The notes under the pieces: model-generated
The model's input: the letters and a program-made list of their open reading frames with translations, nothing else
What the model was told of the DNA's origin: nothing
The model's database searches: none
Made by a program: the position numbers and the translations under genes
Shown here: one piece after another, positions 34,098 through 47,285 of the stretch
Layout of the letters: the number at the start of each line of letters is the position of its first letter
How positions within the stretch are numbered: the first letter of the stretch is position 1
Origin: Mobula hypostoma
Lineage: Eukaryota
DNA: 64,000 bases
Reading direction: 5' to 3'
NCBI RefSeq assembly: GCF_963921235.1
Contig: NC_086097.1
Span: 71,922,001-71,986,000, forward strand

Positions 34098-35689
34098 TAT
34101 ATTGGCCAAGTCATTCGGAATCTCTCCTCCTTCTCCAGAGGTGCCTCAACATAGCTTAATTCCACTGCTAACAGAAATGGGTCTCCTACAGTGCATGTTC
34201 TTAGTATTACATTGTAGCTTCTGGCTAGATTGTCAGCTCATCGCAAATGTGTGTTTCTTGAATCTATAATCGCTACGATTTGCATTTTTTACTAAAAGTT
34301 TCAAGTTAAAGATTAATTTGAAAATGGCCAGAATGTCAGGCAACACTTGTGGGCTGACCCCTGCATGCCCTTGGGTGTGTTGGTTGTTGACGCAAATGAT
34401 ATATTTCATTATATATTTGGATGTATACATGATAAATAAACTTGAATCTTGAATCTTGGCTTGGTATATTCCAGAATATCACACCCTTTAAGTCCCTTTT
34501 CAAAATGGTTACTGTATTTAGCAATTATTTTTATGTTGTGAATTCTATTCCCATCAGTATGATCAGATACGTTGGTAGTAATAGAACTCATGACATTCCT
34601 GAATTCATACAGTGTTTTCAAAATAAGTTAATTTTATTCTATTACTTAACTGCAGAATTGGTTTTCGAATGTCCATCATTATCTCAAATAAAATTTACAA
34701 CCACCATGGAGAAAGAGAATTGTTATCCATGGAACGGCCTTAGCTCACATCTCAAAGGCAAAGACTAGCCAATCCATTTGTTTATTTTCCTCTTTGATTA
34801 ATTAGTTATAAATTTTATAACTTTAGTCAGAATGCATGAAACATTGCTTGTTAGCAAAACTAGCGATATTGTGATTTGTTTTATATTCTTGTCAAACTTT
34901 TGACTTTAATTTAGATATTTTTGTTCAAATTGAGATTATTGGAGAAGAGAAAATTGTGTTGTCATTCAGATCATTTTCTCCACTGGAATGGTGAACATTC
35001 TTGTCCATGGTTACATTTAATCTCTCTTGGGAAGGCAGCTAATTATAGGTTAAGTTTCATTAATGTGGAGAAAGGAATCTCTAACATATCAATCCAAATA
35101 TGATGGACTTCCACATTAATTACATGATAAATTTTGACATTTCCTGTTTTACAGACAGACTTTTTACTTTAGCTAAAGTTTAAGGGAGGAACATAGAATG
35201 GTTTCAGTGACATTTACTTTACTTCAAACCTCCAAGTTCTTGTCCAGACTAAATTTGTCTGAGAGATAGAGATTTGCAATTCCCCAGATACAGAATCATA
35301 TTAGTAGTTGCTATTTCATTTTAGTAGTGAGGAAGATGAAGTGAAAAGGGATTGGAACATTTCTATAAGTGGATGTAGTTTTCTGAAGATGAGAAAGTAT
35401 GCAGTTTCTTCAGCCTCCAGCTAGAAAGGATTTCAAGTCTGTCATATCTTGTTGCTTTGTGGAAAAGAGAGATAATATCCTTTCTTCTGTTTATCTCACC
35501 ATATAAAAAATCCTGCTCTATTAATTTTAATAGGTTCGCAATCTGTCTCATTATACCGCTCATGAAATCTCATCATTGGCAATGGTATGACCTTGGCAGA
35601 CTGAATAAAATTAGAATCTTTTCTTTTTGGTAGACTTTGTACAATGCTCAGCACCACTCACACCCTCTCAGATAATGAAGCAGCCCACA

Positions 35690-36645
35690 TCCAAATGCAA
35701 CAAGACCTGTACAATATGCAGGACTGCACTGAAAGGTGGCAAGTAACATTTGCAACACACAAGCATAACAGTGCCAGGCAATGACGGATTTCAACAAGAG
35801 AATGTTCACCTATCACCTCCTGATCTTCAATGGCATTGTCATCATTGAATCCACTACCATTGATATCCTGGGGATTATCATTGACCAGAAACTGAACTGG
35901 GGAGCCATTATACATCGGTCAGAGGCTAGGAATCATGTGGTGAGTAGCTCACATCCTGGTCCTCCAAGCTCAGTCCACCATCTACAAGGCTCAAGTCAGG
36001 AGTATGATGGAATACTCACCACAGCTGCATAAAGTTCTAAACTCAGCCAGCTCCATCATGGGCTCTGGTCTCCCCAACATCGAAGACACCTTCAAATAGT
36101 GATGCCTCAAAAAGGTGGCATCCATCATCAAGGACCCCCATCACTCAGGGCCGGCCCTCTTTTTATTGCTACCACCCAGGAGGAAGTAAAGTAGCCAGGA
36201 GTCACAGGCTCAATTTTTTCAGGAACAGCTTCTTCCTCTTCACCATCAGATTTCTGAATGATCCCCTGAACACTACGTCACTATTTACTTTCTTCTTTTT
36301 ACTTTTCTCTCTTCTTGCACTACTTATTTAATTTAACTTTTATTGTAATATTTTATAATTTATTATTTCTTAATGCATTTTATTGCTTTTTTATTATTAT
36401 GCATTGCAGTGTACTGCTGCCGCAAAACAACAAATTTGCAGAGGCTGATGGGATGCTAGGTAAGGACAAGAGGGACCCTGTCACTATTAAGGTGGCAGAA
36501 GATGGGATGAGTGCTCGAATGTTCAGGAAGTGGAGGCAATGCGGGTCAGGGTAGCATCAATAGTAGAAGGAGGGAAACTTTTTATAAAAGAAGGAGGACA
36601 TCTCTGATGCCCTTGAATGGAAAGCCATGTACTGGGAACAGATGC
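35690..36645. mobile_element. Mosaic of old fragments: CR1-group RT (+, 35690-36030), Rex-like 3' end (+, 36035-36435) and Penelope-like RT piece (-, 36440-36645)
   Basis: Degenerate motifs (WQVTF..HK, ILGIIIDQKLNW; SIIKDPHH, NSFF) and similarity to 52915-53070. Confidence 0.6.
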
Positions 36646-39060
36646 TTTTGATATCTTTTTGATATTATTGACTAACTTACCTTCATATTTCATCTTCTTG
36701 CCCTTTATGTTTTTTAGTTGCCTTCTGTTTTTTAAAAGCTTCCCAATCCTCTAACTTCCCACTATTTTTGCTATATTAAATGCCCTCTTTTTTTCTTTTA
36801 TGCAGTCTTTGACTTCCCTAGTCAGTACAGTTGCCTCAACCTCCACTTGGAATATTTTTTTTTCATATTTGAGATGTATCTTTCCTGCGGCTTCCAAATA
36901 TCCTCCAAAATCTCCAGCCATTGCTGTCTTACCATCATCCCTGCTAGTGTCCTCTTCCAATCAACTTTGGCCAGCTCCTCTCTCATGCTTTTGTAATTAC
37001 CTTCACTCCACTGTGATACTGATACACTTGACTTTATCCCTCCCTCTCAAATGGCAGGGTGAATTCTAACATATTATTATCACTGTCTCCCAAGGGTTCC
37101 TTTACCTTAAGCTCCCTGATCAAATCCAGTTCAATGCACGACACCCAATCCAGAATTGTCTTTCCCCTAGTGGGCTCAATTACAAACTACTTCAAAAGAC
37201 ATCTCACAGGCATTCTACAAATTCTTCCTCCTGGGATCCAGAACTAACTTGATTTACCCAATCTGCCTGCACTTTGAAATCACCCATGAATGTTATAACA
37301 TTGCCTTTTCTATTTCCCATGATAATTTATATCTCACGTCCTGGCTACTATTTGGAGGCCGGTATATAACTCCCATCAGGGTTTTTATACTCTTGCAGTT
37401 TCTTAATGCTATCCACAAGTACTCTATATCTTCTGATCCTATATCACCTCTTTCTAAGGATTTGATTTCATTTTTTATCAACAAAGCCAACCCCACTCTC
37501 TCTGCGTATTAGCCTGTCCTTTTAATACAAGATGTATTCTTGGATTTTCAGCTCCCAACTAAGATCTTCTTTCAGTCATGGCTCTCTGATGCCCACAACG
37601 TATTACCGGCCTAACTCTAACTATGCTACAAGATCATCTCTCTTACTTTGTATATAGTGTGCATTCGAATATAACACCTTCAGTCCTTATTTATCACCCT
37701 TTTTAATTTTGCGCCCATGTTATACTTCCACTCATCGCAATGATTGCAATTTTGCTCTATCATCTACCTGTCCTTCCTGATAGTCTCACTCAACAATTCA
37801 TCGACTTGTATACCAATTGCCCCATCCTCAGCCCTATTACTTTGGTCCATATCCCCTGCCTACATAGTTTAAATCTTCCCCACAGTTCTATAGTTCTATC
37901 AACTTGCCCACAAGGATATTGGTCCCTCTCAAGTTCAGGTGTAATCTATCCTTTTTCTACAGGTCATTCATTCTCCTGAAACAATCTCAAAGATCCAGAA
38001 ATCTGAAACCCTGTTCCTGCACCACTTCGTTGGCCACTCATTCATCTGTACTGTCATCGGATTGTCCTGACTAGTATGTGGTACTGGAAGTAACTTAGAG
38101 ATTACTACCTTGGATGTCCTCCTCTTCAGCCTCTTCCCTAACTCCCTAGACTCACTTTGTAGGACCACTTTCCCCTTTCTACCTATGTTATTGGTGCCAA
38201 TGTGCACCATGACCTCTGGCTGCTTACCCTTCCTCTTCAGAATCTCTTGCAGCCGCTTTGAGACATCCTGGACCCTAGCACCTAGGAGGCAATACATGAT
38301 CCTGGCCTCTCTTTTGCGGCCACAGAATCTCCTGCTACTTCCTCCACCCCCCTATCGATCAAATCTCCTACCACTATCGCTGCTGCTTTGGTCTCTGATA
38401 GGTCATACCCCAGCAGTATCTAAAGGGGTATACTTGTTGCTGAGGGGAAAGGCCGCAGGGGAACCTGCACTGACTGCTTACTCTCCTTATTCTCCCATCT
38501 ACTATCTGAAGACTGTGCTCTGAATTTGACTACCTCAGTAAATTTCTTATCTGCAAGGTTTTCAGCCTCCTGAATCATCCCGAGTACATTCTGATCCAGC
38601 TCTAGTTCCTTTGTTTAAATTCAAATTTTTATTATTATTTATTCTTATTTTACAAAGCAGCACAGCATATCACAGAGCAGATACAGAACAGCATACTTGC
38701 ACAGCCATCCCATGACAGCAGAACAAATAAAACTTGGAGACAGAGAGAAGTTCTAATTTAAGTTTGAATTAACATACAACCAAAATTGATCCCACGCGTC
38801 TTGCACTTCTCCCTCACTGTTAATTCTTCCCAACATGTGTTCATATGATGAAATCTTAATCATTTCTTCAGTCCATTCCTTCAGAGTAGGACATCTGTTT
38901 TTTTTTTCCAGTTTTGCAATATAATTCTTGCAACTGTGATGAGACCCACCTTTGAAATAGTAAATTTGTCATTGTTTACATTAGGTATCATTGTCCTATC
39001 ACCCAAAAGACAGGAGCTGAAGCTGGGTGCACTTCCTGCAGATGTAGGCATCAGGAGGTT
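36645..39060 (-). mobile_element. Degraded 5' half of a CR1 (ORF1 esterase and ORF2 endonuclease)
   Basis: ORF 37968-38297 CL.GARVQDVS...VMVHIGTNNIG (SGNH esterase of CR1 ORF1) and GVIYRPPNS (APE). Confidence 0.85.
38612..39005 (-). mobile_element. L1/Tx1-like ORF2 C-terminal fragment with A-rich tail, inserted in the CR1
   Basis: The minus strand reads ..ITVARIILQNWKK..CPTLKEW..MIKISSYE, followed by an A-rich (AAT)n tail. Confidence 0.55.
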
Positions 39061-39349
39061 ACTTCCTTAACTACCGTCCTGCCTACACTTGTTATACCTC
39101 CAACTTCTCAAACTTAAGCTCTAGCATGTCCCTGTTCTCGCTGAAGCCAGCTAAACCAATGCCTGGCCACTCTAACACTGTCCGCTCCAAGAATGGCCAC
39201 TCCACTTCAACCTTGCTGCTTTTTATTGGCCCTTGCTATGTTACTATTAGCCCAAGAACTCTCGTACTCACTTTTTAAAACAGGTGTGTAAAGTTCACGA
39301 GGAACTGTCTCCAACTCAGTCTGCGATCTCCCGTACTGCTTTTTAATTA

Positions 39350-40740
39350 TTTTCCAACTGAAAAGATGACCTCATATTTTACCTTATTATATTCCATTAT
39401 GGACATTCTCTTAACCTATCAATATCACTCTGCATCATCCTCAGTTTTGTACCATCAGGAAACTCAGTCACTTCATCTAAATCATTGATATGGACTGTGA
39501 ACTAATAGGGCAATTGCTAGTGGTGATCCCTGAGGCATCCAGCTGGCCACAGCCTTTCACAGCAAAATGATATGCTTATTCCTGGTCCTTGCTTTCTAAC
39601 CATTAATTAATCCTTAATTCATGCTCCAAATGTTTTAATTATTTTAATATCCTAATCTGGCACCATATCGAGGTCTACTGAATATCCAAATACTGCTTTG
39701 CTAATTACAGCCTCAAATTGCCAACAGATTTATCGATCAGGATTGCATTTTGATAAGTGTATATTGACTGCCCGATACTATTATTATTTTCTAAGTGCTG
39801 CATTATTACAGCTTTACATTGTCCCTATGAATTATGTCAGGATACCTTGTGTAGATTCCTGTTCCCTCTCTCTTCTGTTTCTTAAAAAGGGTGATTACAT
39901 TTGCTAGTTTCCAATCTGCGAAAACTAATCTAGTCTCTATCGAAATTTGGAAGGTGACAACCTGTGACTCTACTTTCACCAGAGGGCATCTCTTTCAAAG
40001 TCTTTGGATACATGTTATCAGGTTCAGGGGATTTATTGGTTATCATTCACGCGAATCTTCCAGTTTGTTTTTCACTCCTACTGATTTCCTTCAACTTCTC
40101 ATTCACATCAGATCTATCCTGCACGATTTCCAGGAGGTTTGTTTTGAGTCCTACCATGAAAACAAAGACATTAATTGCTTAATAAAGACACTAATACCAT
40201 GAATGGAAGGGCACAGGGGAGTGTAGTGGAAAAGAAGGACCTAGGAGTACAAGGGTCACAAGTCGACCAGGTGGTGAGAAAGGTATTTGGCACGATAGCC
40301 TTTATCAGTCAGGGCACTGGGGACAGCAGTTGAGACCTTGTGCTGCAGTCTGTAAGTCATTTATCAGGCCACACTTGGAATACTGTGCAGTTTTAGTTAC
40401 TATGTTATAGAACAGTTGTGGTTAAACTACAAAGCATGCAGAAAAGCTTTACATGGATTTTGTTAGAGATAGGGGCCCTGAGTTATAATGAGAGATTGGC
40501 CAGTCTAGGCTTTTGTTCCATGGAGCATAAGAGAATGAAGGGAGGTCTTATAGAAAAGTTTAAATTTATGAGAGGTATACCTAAAGTAGATGTTAAGTCT
40601 TTTCCCCCGGGTTTAGGAGACCACAATGAGAGGACACAGATTTAGGTTGCGAGGGAAATGATTTAAAAGTGTCTTGAGGGGCAATTTTTCTTCTTGCAGA
40701 GGGTGATGAGCTGCCAGAAGAAGTAGCTGAGGTGGGTATG
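39350..40740. mobile_element. Two highly degraded CR1 pieces (minus 39350-40200, plus 40200-40740)
   Basis: Residual RT and thumb-region motifs; ORF 40418-40645 resembles the CR1 C-terminus. Confidence 0.65.
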
Positions 40741-41095
40741 ATACTAGTAGTAGTAGTGCAGTTACTCGTGTCGAGCATGATGTTCTCCTACGAGGATGTC
40801 TATTGGTAGGTCCTCAGGTGGCTGTAGAGGCCAATCCGGAATCCACATATTCTGGTACGGTATAGGCAAGAGTAAGTGGTGGCTGTGGTTAGTGGCTGAG
40901 TCTTCTGTTTGTTCAGCTTCTCCTTTCACAGCTACCACTTGGTCTCTGCAGCACAGTGGAGGCCAATCTCATGTAGCACAGCTCCCTCTTGAAGAGATTT
41001 CCTCCAGGTGTATTTATTGAGTGCAGATTTTAGATGTAATGTTGAATTTCCTCAGGCTGATACTGATGTTAACTTTAAAGTGCTTTTTTGCCCAA

Positions 41096-41950
41096 GTTCA
41101 AGGTTCAAGGTTCAAAGTACATTTATCATTAAAGTACACGTGCAGTATACAACTTTGAGATTTGTCTTCTCCAGACAGCCGTGAAATAAAGAAAACCACG
41201 GAAGCTATTCAAAAAAAATATCGAGCACCCCCCCCCACACACGCACACGAGAAAAACAAGAAACAAATCGAGCAAAAGGCAAGAAGAACATTAACCCTCC
41301 CCCATGCACAAAAAAGCCAAATCTTGCAAATGGCAACAAGAACATCAAACGACCCCTGCACATGCAAATATAAAAACAAATCACACAAACAGAAGCAAGA
41401 AAGAATTGGTGAAAACACAGAATACAAAAACATGAAACTGAAAGTGTCCAATTGAACTACAGTCCAATCCATAAACTGCAGGCCCAGAACTTCAGTACTG
41501 TCCTCTGGCAGCATCAAAGGAGAGAAAGAGACCATTTGAACGCAGGGACCTTCCATTGGGAGAAGTCACTGCAAGGGATAAAGAGGGTATCACAGACAGT
41601 CACCTTCCTCTGGCTGCAGTAAGCAAGACGCTGATAGACAGCGCTGAATGCCTGTTTGCCTTCCTCACTCCTCGATGTTTCAATCTTCCTCGGCTCTTTA
41701 ATCGGTGAGATGGGCAAGAAATGGAGTCGATCATGGAGTAGTCTCTAAGCTTCTAGGCCTGAAGGCCACTTGCCTCCTGGAATCTTCTCGGAGACCGCAA
41801 ACACCAGATCATTCAATCGATCTGGAAATTGTAGATCGCAGGCTCCAACAGAACTAGAGTAAAAAAGTGTTAAAGAAGTGAACAGTTTCGTGAACCATTT
41901 GGACGATGTCACCAGGGAAGTGTTGTTTGCTGGTGCCATCTTGACCAAAT
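41096..41950 (-). mobile_element. Non-coding (non-autonomous) non-LTR element inserted in the RTE
   Basis: 5' end CAAGATGGCACC, 3' tail (TTGAACC)n and no RT motifs; the RTE reading continues across it. Confidence 0.7.
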
Positions 41951-44335
41951 GGCCAGCAGGAACCTGCTGACCTTCCTCAACTGGGAGTAAAAGATCTGTT
42001 TGGGGAGATGTGAATGAGGCATCCAGATGACATGACGTATCAATTGGAGTTGGTGTTGCATTATCATGGTGGAGATGCTGTTCATGTTGGCCTCCTCTAG
42101 CACACTGGTGTTAGTACATCTATACAACCAGCCAATCCTCAAAATCTTTTGTAAGGATCTTTGGTGGCATTGTCCAAGGTTTTCAGGTGTCTACTGTTGG
42201 TAGTTCATGATTCTGCTCCATGCAATAATGTAGGAAGGACAACAACTCTATAGACCAAAAGTCTTGTTTGGACCTGTAGGTCACGGTCTTCAAAGACTCT
42301 TTCCCTTAATCTTGCATGGCTCCACTAGCACTATTAAGGCCGTGGTTTTTCTCTGAGTCATCTGCTTTTGAAGAGAGAATGCTGCCTAAGTATGGAAAGT
42401 GATCTACTTGTTCAAGGGTAATATTGTCAAGTTTTATGGAGGGCTGGTTAAGTAGTTGGTTGGTGTGTGGCTGATATAAAGATCTGTGTCTTTTTTTATA
42501 TTCATACAAGTCCCAAGACCCTATATACCTTGGCAAAGCCATTCATGGTACAATGGAGTTCTCCTTCAGAGTGTGCTGCAATGGCATTGTCATCGCATAC
42601 TAGATCCATGATAGTGATAGTGCTGACTTTGGTCTTGGCCTTGAATCAACTGAGGTTGAAAAGCCTGTTGTACATCCTATACATGATTGGGATTCCCTCT
42701 GGCAGGTCTTGGCCAATGTGATGAAAAATGGCAGTAATAAAGATGGTAGATAGAACAGGAGCAATGATACAACCTTGTTTGACTCCTGTCTTGACAGTGA
42801 CGAGTTCTGATTCAGCCCCACTATGGCTGAGAATTAGAGCTGGCATCCCATCATTCAGTAGCTTCAGTATTCTTAAGTACTTGTCAGGGCAGCCATGCCC
42901 TGATTATATAAGCTAGAGGGCATAGCGGTCTACTGCATCGAATGTATTTATCAAATCTATGAAAGCCAAGTATAAAATATGCCTTTGTCTGCAGCATTTT
43001 TTCTGTAATTGGTGTGTTGTGAAGATCATATCTTCAGAACCTCTAGAAGGATGGAAAGCACACTGTGATTCAGGGAGTACTTCAGATAGCAGAAGGAGTA
43101 GGTTGATAAGGATATGTGCAAGTACTTTGCCTGTTGTTGACAGGAGGGAGATGCCTCTGTAACTGCTACAATCTGTCTTGTCTCCCTTCTTGAATATGGT
43201 CACTATTAAAGCATCCCTGAGCACTGAGGGTAGTTGTTCCTTTTCCCAGACCTTCAGGAGCAGAACGTGTGTGTGTGGTGCAGGAGTGCTGTTCCATCTT
43301 TCTTGAGGAACTCCACTGAGATCCCATCAGGACCAGTAGCTTGTCAGGCTCCAGGTGGCATCATGGACCTCTTTCATATTGGGAGGTTCCCCCACATCTT
43401 CTCTCACAGGGGTCTGTAGGATCTGATTAGTAACCTTTGGTTCAACAGTGCTATTACATTTAAGAAGTCCCTGAAAGAGCTCCCTCCATCTATCGTTGAC
43501 ATACTTCCAATCCTTTAGCTAATTCTTCCCATCCTTTAAAAGCAGGGGGTTTAATCTACTTGGACCATAGGCTCCTTTGGTGACATTGAAGAAGACTCTC
43601 ATGCTACCAGAATCTGGCAGCCTCTTGATTTCCAGGTCTTTTTCAGCCCACTATGGATTATTTAGCTTCCACACACTGTATCGGACATTTGCCTTGCCTT
43701 TAGAATAAGCTTTTCTTTTGACCTTAATCCCAAGCACAAAAGGCTTTCATTTTCTTGGGGATGAGTTGTTCCATCTCGATGTCATTATTATCATCATGTA
43801 TTCTGGACTTGTTTTTATAGGTATTGGGGATGGTGCAGTTTAGCAGACCACAGTGTTCTTCGATATCCTCTGGATATTCCTGTTGCAGATTTTCCCCAGA
43901 CAAGGCCCAAAGGTGCTGTTGGGTGGCAGTGTCAAGCAGGCTCTCCAGTTTTAGCCTAGGTATATCTGCTGCTTATGATCCCTCCTCTTTTTCATGAGTC
44001 TGATGGACATGGTGAAGCAGATCAGGTGATAAGTTGTCCAGTGGTCATCTGTGGCAATCACTGTCCTTGTGATATTCACATCATGGTGGTCCCTAGCTCG
44101 GACAATGACATAGTCAATGAGTGCCACTGTTAGATTGTGGAGGGGAGGGGGTTACTGACAAGATAATTTGAAATTGCTTTTCCTGGCAGAAGAGAGTTTG
44201 TGATGATAAGATTATGCTCAGCACATAGGTAGTAGTACTCCATTCGTGTTGCCAATCCCTTCCTTTACTATGGCGCCATTCCAAAGGTTGAAGTCCCCAC
44301 TATCCCTAGCACTGTATTCCCCTAAGAGAATTATA

Positions 44336-47285
44336 AGACCATAAGACTTTAAGATATAGAAGCAGAATTAGGCCATTTGGTCCATTGAGTCTGCTCTGCC
44401 ATTCGTAATAAGGTGGATGAATTGAAAGTGCAGATTGTTATTAATGATTATGATATAGTTGGGATCACAGAGACATGGCTCCAGGGTGACCAGGGATGGG
44501 AGCTCAACGTTCAGGGATATTCAATATTCAGGAGGGATAGACACGAAGGAAGGGGAGGTGGGGTGGCGTTGCTGGTTAAAAAAGAGATTAACGCAATAGA
44601 AAGGAAGGACATAAGCCGGGAAGATGTGGAATCGATATGGGTAGAGCTAAGGGGCAGAAGACGCTGGTGGGAGTTGTGTACAGGCCACCTAACAGTAGTA
44701 GTGAGGTCGGAGATGGTATTAAACAGGAAATTAGAAATGTGTGCAATAAAGGAACAGCAGTTATAATGGGTGACTTCAATCTACATGTAGACTGGGTGAA
44801 CCAAATTGGTAAAGGTGCTGAGGAAGAGGATTTCTTGGAATGTATGCGGGATGGTTTTTTGAACCAACATGTCGAGGAACCGACTAGAGAGCAGGCTATT
44901 CTGGACTGGGTTTTGAGCAATGAGGAAGGGTTAATTAGCGATCTTGTCGTGAGAGGCCCCTTGGGTAAGAGTGACCATAATATGGTGGAATTCTTCATTA
45001 ACATGGAGAGTGACGTAGTTAATTCAGAAACAAAGGTTCTGAACTTAAAGAGGGGTAACTTTGAAGGTATGAGATTATGGGGAGCAAGGACATGGCAGAC
45101 CAATTGAATAATTACTTTGGTTCTGTCTTCACTAAGGAGGACATAAATAATCTTCCAGAAATAGTAAGGGACAGAGGGTCCAGTGAGATGGAGGAACTGA
45201 GCGAAATACATGTTAGTAGGGAAGTGGTGTTAGGTAAATTGAAGGGATTGAAGGCAGATAAATCCCCAGGGCCAGATGGTCTGCATCCCAGAGTGCTTAA
45301 GGAAGTGGCCCAAGAAATAGTGGATGCATTAGTGATAATTTTTCAAAACTCGTTAGATTCTGGACTAGTTCCTGAGGATTGGAGGGTGGCTAATGTAACC
45401 CCACTTTTTAAAAAAGGAGGGAGAGAGAAACCGGGGAATTATAGGCCGGTTAGCCTAACGTCGGTGGTGGGGAAACTGCTGGAGTCAGTTATCAAGGATG
45501 TGATAACAGCACATTTGGAAAGACCAGATTGATTCCTGGGATGGCAGGTCTTTCATATGAAGAAAGACTGGATGAACTGGGCTTGTACTCGTTGGAATTT
45601 AGAAGATTGAGGGGGGATCTGATTGAAACGTATAAGATCCTAAAGGGATTGGACAGGCTAGATGCAGGAAGATTGTTCCCGATGTTGGGGAGGTCTAGAA
45701 CGAGGGGTCACAGTTTGAGGATAGAGGGGAAGCCTTTTAGGACCGAGGTTAGGAAAAACTTCTTCACACAGAGAGTGGTGAATCTGTGGAATTCTCTGCC
45801 ACAGCAAACTGTTGAGGCCAGTTCATTAGCTATGTTTAAAAGGAAGTTAGATATGGCCCTTGTGACTACAGGGGTCAGGGGGTATGGAGGGAAGGCTGGG
45901 TTCTGAGTTGGATGATCAGCCATGATCATAATAAATGGCGGTGCAGGCTCGAAGGGCCGAATGGCCTACTCCTGCACCTATTTTCTATGTTTCTATGTTT
46001 CTATGTTTCTAAATGGCGGATCCATTTTCTCTCTCAGCCCAACCTCCTACTTTCTCCCTCTATCCCTTCATGCCCTGATTAATCAATCTGATCTATCAAT
46101 CTCTAACTTGAATATACACAATGACTTGGCCTCCACATACACCTGTGGCAATCAATTCCACACATTCACCTTTCTTTGGCTAAAAAAATTCCTCCTCATA
46201 TCCGTTCTAAAAGACCACCCCTGTATTCTGAGGCTGTGTCTTCTGGTCTTAAGCGCCCCCACCATAGGAAACATTCCTCTCCACATCCATTCTATCAAAG
46301 CTTTTCAACATTCAATAGGTTTCAGTGAGGTCACCCTTTATTATTCTGAATTCCAGCCCTAAGTGCTCCTCATATGACAAGCCTTTCAAACCCGGGATCA
46401 TTTTGTTGGTTTGTCCTGTGTTCCTGTGATATCTTTCTGGAGGAACATTGTATCATTTTTTAATGCAAGCATCTTTAAGTGACAATAAACGAGGACTGAA
46501 TGTCCTCATAATCTAATCTAATCCTTTAAACCCTTTCCAATATCAGCACATCTTTTCTTAGATAAAACTGCTCACAATACTCCAGCTGAGGCCTCCCAGT
46601 GTTTTATAAAGCCTCATCATTACATCCTTGCTTTTATATTCTGTCCTCTTGAAATGAATGCTAACATCCAATTTGCCTTCCTCACCACCAACTCAACCTG
46701 CAAATTAACCTTTAGAGAATCCTGCACGAGGACTCCCAAGCCCCTTTGCTCCTTAGATTTTTGAATTTTCTCTCCAATTAGAAAATTGCCTATGCTTCTA
46801 TTTCTTCTACCAAAGTGCATGACCATACACTAATTGACACTGTATTCCATCTGCCACTTCTTTGCCCATTTTCCTAATCTGCCAAAGTCCTTCTGTAGCC
46901 TCTCTGCTTCCTCAAAACCACCTGACCCTCCACCTATCTTCATATCGTCCACAAATTTGGCTGCAAAGCCATAAATTCCATCATCCAAATCATTCACATT
47001 TAATGTAAAAAGAAGCATTCCCAACACAGACCCCTGTGGAGTATCATTAGTCACTGACAGCCAACAAGAAAAGGCTCCCATTATTTCCATTCCTTGACTC
47101 CTTCTGATCAGCCAATTCCCTATCCATGCTCATATCCTTCCTATAATATCACAGGCTTTTAACTTATTAAGCAGTCACGTGTGTGACACCTTGTCAAATC
47201 TCTTCTGAAAAGCAAAGTGTACAGTATCTACTGATTCTCCTTTGTCTATCCTGCTTGTTACTTCTTGAAAGAGTTCCAACAGATT
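44336..47285 (-). mobile_element. CR1 3' half in two pieces (44336-44404 and 46011-47285), inserted in the RTE
   Basis: (accataag) tail at the left end; RT motifs PQGSVLG and FVDDMK in ORFs 46620-47090. Confidence 0.85.
44405..46010 (+). mobile_element. Young CR1 with two large internal deletions
   Basis: APE (GITETWL, GDFN, GKSDH), then the start of RT (NYRPVSLTS), then the C-terminus and a (TTTCTATG)n tail; the RT catalytic core is absent. Confidence 0.9.
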
